From assembly GCA_038060895.1 (NCBI GenBank), contig JBBTCT010000001.1:64001-128000 (forward strand): 64,000 nucleotides of DNA. The letters are read 5' to 3'. Made by a program: the position numbers and the translations under genes. Below, piece after piece: positions 36,497 through 44,645 of this stretch. This stretch comes from Planctomycetota bacterium (GTDB lineage: Bacteria; Planctomycetota; MHYJ01; WSZJ01). Below the pieces are notes generated by a model, which worked only from the letters and a program-made list of their open reading frames with translations, was not told the DNA's origin and ran no database searches. Positions within the stretch are counted from its first letter, which is position 1, and every line of letters starts with the position of its first letter.

Positions 36497-38077
36497 ATGA
36501 TCCGACGGTGCCGCTTCGTCCTCCCTCTCGCCCTCCTGGCTGCCGCCTTTGCGCAAGCGGAGACGCCGCTTCCCGAGCCGGCTCCGAAAGAGGGAGATCC
36601 CCGGCCGGGCCAACGGTGGGTCGATGCGAGGCCGGAAATCGGCCTGCGCGAAATCCGGGTGCTCGAGGGGGGGCGCGAGCTCAAGGCCTGGATTCTGCCG
36701 CCCGGAGAAGAGATCAAGTTCCTGATCAGCGGGGAGAACCGTCTCCTGGTACAGGCGCGGCTGCAGATGGAAAGCCGCACGTCGCCGGAAGCGTCGTACT
36801 CGATCGGATGGACGGTCGATGGCGGGGCGGAACAACGGAAGGAATTCCGGACGAAGCCGCACAAGACGGCGACTTTCGAGAGCGGCATGGAGGGCGTTCC
36901 AGGGATCCCGGGCGCCGGCGTGCCGGGAATCAAGCGAGAAGCCGTGGTCGAGATTCCCACCGATGGTTCCCACGCGGTGATTTTCCGGTTGCCGGAAGGC
37001 GCGACCGCTTCCGTCGTCGTGCGCGTCCGGTACGAACAGCCGGAGCGCGCCGGCAAGAGCTATGGCTCGACGATCGGCCCGAAATCGCACAAGGAAACGT
37101 GGTGGATGGGGACCGTCTCGCGCCTGACGATCGGCTACGACGACAACGTGTTCCGCTTTTCCGACGAGGATTCCCACCAGTGGGAGGAACTCGACGGGAA
37201 CGACGCCCAGGACAAGTACGACCGCGTGACGTCCGTGGGAGACGTGTACATCGACTCCGACCTCGACGCCCACATCATCAGCCCGGAGTTCGCGCTGGGG
37301 CGTTTCTACGTCGGCGGTACGCTCAAGAACCGCTGGTACCTCGGGAACCACCACAAGACTCGCGACGAGTACGGCCTTTTCTTCCGGCACCTCATCAGCA
37401 ATTCGCTTTCGTACAAGGTGTTCGGCACGTGGGGGCCGGACAAGTACTACCGCGACCTGAACCCGAGCCAGTCGCCGGGCCCCTCCCGGGCGCATGCCCA
37501 TCACGACGACTACGAGATCGGGGGGCTGGTGAGGATGAAGTGGGCACCGCAGATCACGACCGGGCTGAAGTACACGTGGGAACTCAGGGACTGGAATACG
37601 AACTTCAACGAGAAGGATGCGAAGATTCACCACCTGGACTTTGACCTGGTGGTGTCGCCTGCGAAGTGGATTTCGTTCGAGCTTGATCTCGACGGGTCTA
37701 TCGCGCACGCGCTTGCCGGGGGAGGCGAACGCGATGCCTCGTACCGCCAGTTTTCGCCGAAGCTGGCAGTGGATTTCCGGGTGAAACGCCTGCTCTTCGG
37801 GGCGTCGTACGGGTTCGATTCCCGGGTGTACACGACGGACAATTCGCGGCAGGTCGATCCGGCCCACGCGCACCGCCGGGACAAGCGGCACACGTTCGGG
37901 ATCTACGCCGGGTACCAGCTCGGGGAGTCCTCCGAAATCACGCTGGCGTATTCAAGAACCAAGCGGACGGTCCAGCTGCCGGGGCGCGAGTCCTCGACGG
38001 ATCCGTCGGACTTCGACGACGACTTCGAGTACACCTCGAATTCGCTGGAACTCACGCTTCTCTTCAAATGGCCCTGA
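36497..38077 (+). CDS. Predicted outer-membrane beta-barrel protein with N-terminal soluble beta domain
   Basis: Signal peptide; alternating aromatic/polar strands (IGYDDNVF, GLKYTWELRDW, GASYGFDSRVY, GIYAGYQL); C-terminus LELTLLFKWP. Confidence 0.75.
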   Translation: MIRRCRFVLPLALLAAAFAQAETPLPEPAPKEGDPRPGQRWVDARPEIGLREIRVLEGGRELKAWILPPGEEIKFLISGENRLLVQARLQMESRTSPEASYSIGWTVDGGAEQRKEFRTKPHKTATFESGMEGVPGIPGAGVPGIKREAVVEIPTDGSHAVIFRLPEGATASVVVRVRYEQPERAGKSYGSTIGPKSHKETWWMGTVSRLTIGYDDNVFRFSDEDSHQWEELDGNDAQDKYDRVTSVGDVYIDSDLDAHIISPEFALGRFYVGGTLKNRWYLGNHHKTRDEYGLFFRHLISNSLSYKVFGTWGPDKYYRDLNPSQSPGPSRAHAHHDDYEIGGLVRMKWAPQITTGLKYTWELRDWNTNFNEKDAKIHHLDFDLVVSPAKWISFELDLDGSIAHALAGGGERDASYRQFSPKLAVDFRVKRLLFGASYGFDSRVYTTDNSRQVDPAHAHRRDKRHTFGIYAGYQLGESSEITLAYSRTKRTVQLPGRESSTDPSDFDDDFEYTSNSLELTLLFKWP

Positions 38078-38185
38078 TTTCGTGGTGAGGGGTGGGTGTG
38101 GGAGTCGCGAAGCGGGGGTCGCACCGGGTGCGGATCGGCGCGCGCACCCCTGTCCGGGAAATCCCCCCTCGGGTAGGCTGCACCC

Positions 38186-39388
38186 ATGAGCATTCTTGCC
38201 GCTTCACTTGCCGGCGCGCTGGCGGCCGGCGGCTGGTGGGAGTACCACCGCCACCTGAAGCACGTGCGGGCGATCCCGTCGCGGATTCACGTGAACGGGA
38301 CGCGCGGGAAGTCGAGCGTGACGAGGCTCATCGCGGGCGGTCTGCGGGCGGGCGGCATACGGACGTTCGCGAAAACGACCGGGACCGAGCCTCGGATGAT
38401 CTTCCCCGACGGGCGCGAAGAGCACATTCCCCGTCCCGGGCGCGCGAACATCATCGAACAGCTCAAGGTCTTCCGCCGCGCCGCGCAGGAGGAATCCCAG
38501 GCGATCGTCGTGGAGTGCATGGCGCTTCAGCCGCACATCCAGTGGCTCGCGGAGCACCGGATCGTCAATTCTACCGTCGGCGTGATTACGAACGTCCGCG
38601 CCGACCACCTCGACGTCATGGGGCCGACCGTCGCCGACGTCGCGCGGTTCCTTTCGGCGACCATACCGCGTCAAGGGACGCTCTTCACGGCCGAGCGGGA
38701 GTTGCTTCCCGTGCTCCAGGAAAAGGCGGCGGCCCTCGGCACGAGGGTCATTGCTTCGATGGAATCCGAGGTCTCCGAAGCGGAAATCCGGTCCTTCGGC
38801 TACGTCGAGCACCGCGAAAACGTGGCGCTGGCGCTCCGCGTCGCCGAGCACTTTGGAGTCGCGCGAGCGGCGGCGTTGGAGGGGATGAAGAGGTGCACGC
38901 CGGACGCCGGGGTGCTGCGCGTACACCGGATCCGGTATTTCCAGAAAGAGATCGAGTTCGCCAACGCCTTCGCCGCGAACGACCGCGACTCGACGCTGAT
39001 GATCTTCAAGCGGCTCGGGCTGGGCTCGGTCCCCGGCCGGCGCAGCATCGTGATTTTCAATTCGCGCGGCGACCGGATCCAGCGCGCGGAACAGTTCGCG
39101 GACATGATCGCCGGGGACATGGGACTCGTGGACGCCGTGATCCTTACGGGCGACCTGACCGGAGCGGTCGTGAACCGCGCGGTCCGTCACGGCGCTTCTG
39201 AAGAGAGAATCGTGGACCTTGGCGACTTGCGCGAAGAGCAGGTCAACCTGGTGTTCGAGGCCGTCCTCGACGCGACGCCCGAGCGGGCGCTCGTCATCGG
39301 GGTGGGCAACATCGGCGGCCTCGGTCACGCCATCGTTCACTTCTTCCAGAACCGCGGGGAGGACCGCCATGGCTCCGCGGCCTGTTGA
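38186..39388 (+). CDS. pgsB: Poly-gamma-glutamate synthase PgsB/CapB
   Basis: IHVNGTRGKSSVTRLI, AKTTGT, ANIIEQ, VECMALQP, ITNVRADHLDVMG, FAANDRDS, GVGNIGG. Confidence 0.93.
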   Translation: MSILAASLAGALAAGGWWEYHRHLKHVRAIPSRIHVNGTRGKSSVTRLIAGGLRAGGIRTFAKTTGTEPRMIFPDGREEHIPRPGRANIIEQLKVFRRAAQEESQAIVVECMALQPHIQWLAEHRIVNSTVGVITNVRADHLDVMGPTVADVARFLSATIPRQGTLFTAERELLPVLQEKAAALGTRVIASMESEVSEAEIRSFGYVEHRENVALALRVAEHFGVARAAALEGMKRCTPDAGVLRVHRIRYFQKEIEFANAFAANDRDSTLMIFKRLGLGSVPGRRSIVIFNSRGDRIQRAEQFADMIAGDMGLVDAVILTGDLTGAVVNRAVRHGASEERIVDLGDLREEQVNLVFEAVLDATPERALVIGVGNIGGLGHAIVHFFQNRGEDRHGSAAC

Positions 39389-39974
39389 ACCTCCTGTGAA
39401 GCGCTTCCGCCCCGGGCCGATGGCATGGTCGCGGGCGGTCGTGGTTTCGCTCCTCATGGCTTCGGCCGCCTGGGCCGCCGGCGCTTCCCCGTCTGCCGCT
39501 GCGGAAGCAGAGCCCTTGATCGAGGCGATTGCGCTGGGGCTGGTGGTGTCGCTCGCGTTTTCAGAGACGCTCGGTCTGGCGACGGGCGGGATGATTGTGC
39601 CGGGGTATTTTGCGCTGTCGCTGGGGCAACCCCCGGTAGCCGCCGGCAGAACCGTTGCGGTCACGCTGGTGGTGGCGCTCGCGACGTACGGCGTCATCCG
39701 GATCCTGTCCCGCTACATGCTGATCTACGGACGCAGGCGGACCGTCATCATCATCCTTGTCGCCTTCGCCCTCGGCGCCCTGGTGCGCTCCATGCACTGG
39801 AACGTGGACGAAAAGACCTCCATCGTCCTGATCCCGATCGGCTTCATCGTCCCCGGCCTCATCGCCGACTGGATGGAACGCCAGGGACTCGTCCAGACCA
39901 TCTCTTCGCTCATCATGGCGAGCGTGATCGTGCGCCTCATCATGATCGCCATGGGCGGAAAGGCGGTCCTGTGA
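39369..39974 (+). CDS. pgsC: Poly-gamma-glutamate biosynthesis protein PgsC/CapC (start uncertain: ATG 39369, ATG 39420 or TTG 39516)
   Basis: IALGLVVSLAFSETLGLATGGMIVPGY, LIYGRRR, IGFIVPGLIA.W..RQG; GGAGG before 39369. Confidence 0.9.
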   Translation: MAPRPVEPPVKRFRPGPMAWSRAVVVSLLMASAAWAAGASPSAAAEAEPLIEAIALGLVVSLAFSETLGLATGGMIVPGYFALSLGQPPVAAGRTVAVTLVVALATYGVIRILSRYMLIYGRRRTVIIILVAFALGALVRSMHWNVDEKTSIVLIPIGFIVPGLIADWMERQGLVQTISSLIMASVIVRLIMIAMGGKAVL

Positions 39975-41164
39975 GGTATCGCGAAGGGAAAGTCCCGCCC
40001 GCGACGCTCGCCGGCCTCGCGCTGCTCTCCGCCCTGGTCTACATCGCCGTCGAGCGCTTCCAGGTCGACGTGCGCGAAAGCGGGTACCGGGAGAAGAAGG
40101 CCGCGGCGGTCGCGGCGCGGAAAGGGCAGGACGCGATCCGCGCGGCGCGCAAGCGCGGCTCGCCGACGATCCAGATGAACCACGACCAGGACCCGGCGCA
40201 AACGGGCCTGATCGGGACGGACGACCAGGCCGGCGAGCTGACGACCGACAAGGGGTACCTCCGCGCGAAACAGATCGCCACGCAACCCAATCTCGCGGCC
40301 GTGATCGTCGGATTCCTGAAGAAGGCGAAAATCCAGAAGGGCGACATTGTTGCCGTCGGCCTCACCGGCTCCTTCCCCGGCGCCAACCTGGCGACGATCT
40401 GCGCGATCGAGGCCATGGAAGCGCGCCCGCTGGTCATCACCTCGATCGGTTCTTCCACGTTCGGCGCGAACCAGGCCGAGTTCACCTGGCTGGACATGGA
40501 GAAGGCCGCGTTCGACGCGGGCTGCATCCGCACGCGATCCATCGCCGCTTCCATCGGCGGCGACAAGGACAAGGGAATCGGCCTGAACAAGTCCGCCATC
40601 GACCAGATCCGCGCCGCCATCGCACGCAACGGGATCGAGAAGATCGAGGAGAAGACGCTCGTGGATTCCATCGCGCGCCGCATGGAGATCTACGCGAAGG
40701 CGGCGGGCGGGATCGACAACGTGAAGTGCTACGTGAACATCGGCGGCGGTCTCGCTTCGGTCGGCTCGAATCTCGTCGGCGACAAGCTGATCGCCACCGG
40801 GGTCACCGAATCATGGGTCCAGAAGAACTATCCGACGCACGGCGTGCTGGTGAAGATGCTCAAGGCGGGCAAGCCGGTCGTTCACCTCATGGACTTCCGC
40901 AAGATTGCCGAGGAACACGGGCTTTCCCTGGTCCCTGCCTCCCCCGGGGAGGCAGGCGAAGGTCCGCTCTTCATCTCACGGAAATACAACCTGGTGCTCG
41001 TGCTGGGCGCGCTTCTGGGACTGATTGCGACGATCGTCGCCGTGGGTCTGCTCGACCTGCGCCACGCGCTCTTCGGCCGTCCGCCGCCATCGCCGGCGCA
41101 GCCGAAGGTGGAGTTGCCGGCCGGAGGTGGGACGCCACCCTCATCGGGGGAGACTGTCCTTTGA
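39971..41164 (+). CDS. pgsW: Poly-gamma-glutamate system protein (PgsW-type)
   Basis: GTGA overlap with pgsC; N- and C-terminal TM; GLIG...LTT, GDIVAVGLTGSFPGANLA, TSIGSSTFGAN, ASIGGDKDKG, YVNIGGG. Confidence 0.85.
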   Translation: MRYREGKVPPATLAGLALLSALVYIAVERFQVDVRESGYREKKAAAVAARKGQDAIRAARKRGSPTIQMNHDQDPAQTGLIGTDDQAGELTTDKGYLRAKQIATQPNLAAVIVGFLKKAKIQKGDIVAVGLTGSFPGANLATICAIEAMEARPLVITSIGSSTFGANQAEFTWLDMEKAAFDAGCIRTRSIAASIGGDKDKGIGLNKSAIDQIRAAIARNGIEKIEEKTLVDSIARRMEIYAKAAGGIDNVKCYVNIGGGLASVGSNLVGDKLIATGVTESWVQKNYPTHGVLVKMLKAGKPVVHLMDFRKIAEEHGLSLVPASPGEAGEGPLFISRKYNLVLVLGALLGLIATIVAVGLLDLRHALFGRPPPSPAQPKVELPAGGGTPPSSGETVL

Positions 41165-41250
41165 AGAGCGACGGCGGCGCGTTCTTGGAACGTGGCCTGA
41201 GTTCCGATAGAATCCAATGCGACCCCAGGGGAACTCCTTTCAGCCCTTCC

Positions 41251-42144
41251 ATGAAAAAAACCGCCACCATCGTTCTCGCACTGTCGGCGCTCGTCCTCGC
41301 GTCGCCTCCCGACCGGACGGTCTGGAACACGATCAAACCATCCGGCTCGCCGAAGGCCGTGAAACTGGTGGTCGCCGGCAAGCCGCTGACCTACTACGCG
41401 CTGGACGGCGAAGGAATCAGCGCCCGCGTGAAGGGCCCCTCGCGCCTGCGGATTTCGCTGCGGGGTCACTTCGGCCAGGGCGACGCCAGCCCGCGGGACA
41501 TCACTTTGAGCGTCGCGATGGATGGCGGAGACGCGAAGACGACAAAGAAGGCGTGCTCCCGCTCGAAGACGGCGTCCTACGCGGAGGGGGCGGAGGGGGA
41601 ATCGCCGGGGGGCCGCGAGGAACTGATCCTGGACGTGCCGGAGGGGGAACACACGTTTGTCGCGAAGACCGACGCGCGAGCGTGCGGCGCCTTCGCCATC
41701 CCTTCGAAGAAGAAGAAAATCCTCCGCACCGAAATGACGCCGACGGGATTCGACAAGGCGGCGGAAGAAGTCTTCGAAGAGCGAGAGCGCACCTGGTATT
41801 TCGCGAAGCAGGACAAGCCTGTCGCGCTCGAGGTCACGGGTCCGACCACGCTGAAGATCTACACGGCGCTGAATTTCGATTCCTCGATGCGCACGGCGAC
41901 GGAATGGAAACTGGAAGCGACCGTGGACGGGGCCGCGGTGGCGGAGAAAACATGGAAGAGCAGCCGGAGCCACACGCGCAGCTACCCGGACGAGAAGAGC
42001 GTGGTTCCGGGACAGATGGAGACGTTTGACCTCGCGATCCCGGAGGGCCGGCACAAGATCGAGATTCGCCCGCGCGGAAGCGTTTCGGCTGCCATCCGGG
42101 TCCAGATCCCGACGGGCGACCTCGACAAAGGCGGCAAGAAGTAG
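41251..42144 (+). CDS. Secreted hypothetical protein made of two internal beta-rich domain repeats
   Basis: Signal peptide MKKTATIVLALSALVLA; two similar halves ending LDVPEGEH and LAIPEGRH; TTGGAA-17-TAGAAT upstream. Confidence 0.75.
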   Translation: MKKTATIVLALSALVLASPPDRTVWNTIKPSGSPKAVKLVVAGKPLTYYALDGEGISARVKGPSRLRISLRGHFGQGDASPRDITLSVAMDGGDAKTTKKACSRSKTASYAEGAEGESPGGREELILDVPEGEHTFVAKTDARACGAFAIPSKKKKILRTEMTPTGFDKAAEEVFEERERTWYFAKQDKPVALEVTGPTTLKIYTALNFDSSMRTATEWKLEATVDGAAVAEKTWKSSRSHTRSYPDEKSVVPGQMETFDLAIPEGRHKIEIRPRGSVSAAIRVQIPTGDLDKGGKK

Positions 42145-42209
42145 CTCAGAGCGCCGAAATTTGACCAGCAGAGATCCGCAGCCGGCGGATAGAGCCGCCG
42201 CGAACGTTT

Positions 42210-43139
42210 TCAGGTCTTTACAGGTTCCGCTTCCCCGGCCTGTGGCGCTTCCTTTGCGCGCGAAGTCGTGATCAGCGCGACGGCCCCGATGACGAGGGCC
42301 CCGGCTGCGACGGTCCAGGCCGACGGAGTTTCGTGGTTGAAGGCCCAGCCGAGCAGAACGGCGACGAACGGGTTGACGTAGGCGTAGGACGTCGCGACGA
42401 CCGGCGAGGTCTCCCGGAGGAGCCAGACGAACGCCGTGAACCCGACGATCGAGCCGAACACGGCCAGGTAAGCCATCGCGAGCACGGATTTCGTCGTGAC
42501 GGCGCCGGGGTCGAAGCGCCCCCACTCCCCTGCCGCCGCGCCGACGGCGACCAGGAGCGCGCCCCCCGCGATCATTTCCATCGCCGTTGCGAGCAGCATC
42601 GATTCCGGCAGGCGGACCCGCTTCGAGAGGACGGAGCCCAGCGCCCACGAAGCGGCTGCGAAGAGGAGAGCGCCTGCGCCGGCAGGGTCGACGGCGCCGG
42701 ATTGCCACGGGCGGACGAGCAGGGCTACGCCTGCGAGGCCGATGACGATTCCCGCGACGACGCGGAATCCCGGGAGCCGGCCACCCGGCAGAAGCGCTCC
42801 TATGGCGACGGCCCAGAGAGGCACTGTCGCGATGATGAGCGAAGCGAGCCCGGACGGAACGGTCTTTTCGGCCCAGCACACGGCTCCATTCCCGCCGAGC
42901 AGCATCAGCCCGCCGACGAGCGACGCGCCGGGCCAGTGCGCGGCCTGGACGCGCACGCCGGTGCGAACTTTCACGAACGCCATCATCGCGGCGCCCGCGA
43001 TGAAAAACCGGACGCCGGCCATCGAAAACGGGGGGAGGCTGTCGATGGCGAAACGGATCGCGAGGTAGGTGGAGCCCCAGATGAGGTAGACGGAGGAGAG
43101 GGCGAGGGCGATGCGGGAGGCGGGGGCGCGCGGGGGCAT
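42210..43139 (-). CDS. EamA/DMT-family transporter (YedA-like)
   Basis: VYLIWGSTYLAIR, PPFSMAGVRF, GGNG.V.WAE..VPSGLA, YLAVFGSIVGFTA, SYAYVNP; multiple TM helices. Confidence 0.9.
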   Translation of the reverse strand: MPPRAPASRIALALSSVYLIWGSTYLAIRFAIDSLPPFSMAGVRFFIAGAAMMAFVKVRTGVRVQAAHWPGASLVGGLMLLGGNGAVCWAEKTVPSGLASLIIATVPLWAVAIGALLPGGRLPGFRVVAGIVIGLAGVALLVRPWQSGAVDPAGAGALLFAAASWALGSVLSKRVRLPESMLLATAMEMIAGGALLVAVGAAAGEWGRFDPGAVTTKSVLAMAYLAVFGSIVGFTAFVWLLRETSPVVATSYAYVNPFVAVLLGWAFNHETPSAWTVAAGALVIGAVALITTSRAKEAPQAGEAEPVKT

Positions 43140-43190
43140 GGGTGGGCGAAGGAATACGATGGGAGGGGGGAAAGTGCAAGGGGAACGGAA

Positions 43191-43336
43191 GGGGATGGGG
43201 AATGACGGGATCGGGATTGGAGGGGATGGGGATCGGGATGGGGATGGGGAAACGACATCCTCGAAAGTGCGTCGCTGCCCCATCCCCATCCCAATCCCTA
43301 GCCCCCCCCAGCCCCAGCCCGTCCTCCCCCATCCCC
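43191..43336. repeat. Mirror-arranged hexamer repeats (GGGGAT ... ATCCCC)
   Basis: ggggatgggg...gatcgggatggggatgggga ... ccccatccccatcccaatccc...; the right arm overlaps the 3' end of 43298-44569. Confidence 0.8.
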
Positions 43337-44569
43337 TGCCGTTTTCCCCGCCGCACACTCCCCCGCCAGCCATCCCGTACTGAACGCCCCCTGAAAGTTG
43401 TATCCCCCGATCCACCCGTCGAGGTCCAGGATCTCGCCGGCGAAGTAGAGGCCAGCATTCTTCCGGCTCTCGCAGGTGCGCGGATCGACTTCCTCGAGCG
43501 CGACGCCGCCGGCCGTGACCTCCGCCTTCTCGAATCCAAGCGTCCCTGAAAGCGGCGCCGGCAGCCGCTTCAGTAGTTTCACGACGGTTGTGCGCTCTGC
43601 GCGTGACAGCTCGGACGCGCGCCGGTCCGCGGGAATACCCGCGACGGACAACACGACGTCCGCAATGCTGCGCGGCACGCGCTCTCCGAGAATCGTTGCG
43701 ACCAGCCGCTTCCCGCCGAGAGACGCCTCGCCGACGAGCCACTGATCGAGCTCGGGGGATTTCACGTCGGGGAGGAGATCGATGCCCAGGAACAGTTCCT
43801 GCGGCCTCGGATGGCCGCTGACTTCGCGCGAGAGATCCATCGGGACGGGGCCCGTCGCGCCGAAATGCGCGAAAAGCAGCGGGCCGCGGCGGCGGGCAAG
43901 GACGCCGGGGCCGAGGATGACGCCCTCCACGTCGGGAAGCGTCACACCGGCCAGCGCGCGGACCCACGCCGCCGGGGACGCGATCGGCGTCAGCGCGGGG
44001 CGCGGAGTCACGATCCGGTGGCCGAGCCGCTCCGCCCAGCGGTAGCCGTCCCCCGTCGTGCCCACCGCCGCATAAGATTTCCCGCCCGTCGTCACGATGA
44101 CTTTCGGAGCGCGCACTTCGCCTTCGCCCGTACGGAGGAGGAATTCGCCGGGAAGCGCTTCCAGGTCCTTGAGCGGGCGGCCGCACTCGAGCGTCGCGCC
44201 GCTGCGCTCGAAGCGCTGCATGAGCGCGCCGAGGACGTCGCGCGACTGGCCGGAGACGGGGAAGATCTTGCCCCGGTCCTCGACCTGCGTCGGCACGCCT
44301 TCGTCCTCGATCATCTTGACGACGTCGCGCGGCCCGAGCCCGCGAAGGGCGTCGCGGAGCCACCGGCCGTTGGCGCCGAAGGCCTCCATGATCCCGGCTG
44401 AGCCGCAATCGTGCGTCACGTTGCAACGCGTCCCGCCGGAGATCAGAATCTTTACCCCGGGGCGGCGGTTCTTTTCGAGAAGGACCACCTTCTTTCCCAG
44501 TTCAGCAGCCCGCGTCGCGGCGAGAATCCCCGCGGCGCCGGCCCCCACGACAGCGACGTCCCATGTCAT
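43298..44569 (-). CDS. HI0933/BaiN (YhiN) family NAD(P)/FAD-dependent oxidoreductase
   Basis: VVGAGAAG, GVKILISGGTRCNVT, GKIFP, TTGGKSY...GTTGDGY, AEVTAGGV, GLYFAGEILDLDG.IGGYNFQ.A.STG. Confidence 0.92.
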   Translation of the reverse strand: MTWDVAVVGAGAAGILAATRAAELGKKVVLLEKNRRPGVKILISGGTRCNVTHDCGSAGIMEAFGANGRWLRDALRGLGPRDVVKMIEDEGVPTQVEDRGKIFPVSGQSRDVLGALMQRFERSGATLECGRPLKDLEALPGEFLLRTGEGEVRAPKVIVTTGGKSYAAVGTTGDGYRWAERLGHRIVTPRPALTPIASPAAWVRALAGVTLPDVEGVILGPGVLARRRGPLLFAHFGATGPVPMDLSREVSGHPRPQELFLGIDLLPDVKSPELDQWLVGEASLGGKRLVATILGERVPRSIADVVLSVAGIPADRRASELSRAERTTVVKLLKRLPAPLSGTLGFEKAEVTAGGVALEEVDPRTCESRKNAGLYFAGEILDLDGWIGGYNFQGAFSTGWLAGECAAGKTAGDGGGRAGAGGG

Positions 44570-44645
44570 GGGGAGGAATGTTCGCACAGCGGCGAATCCT
44601 TCCTAGCCCCTTTCCCCGGGGTTAGCATTAAAAGTTTGTGAACCC

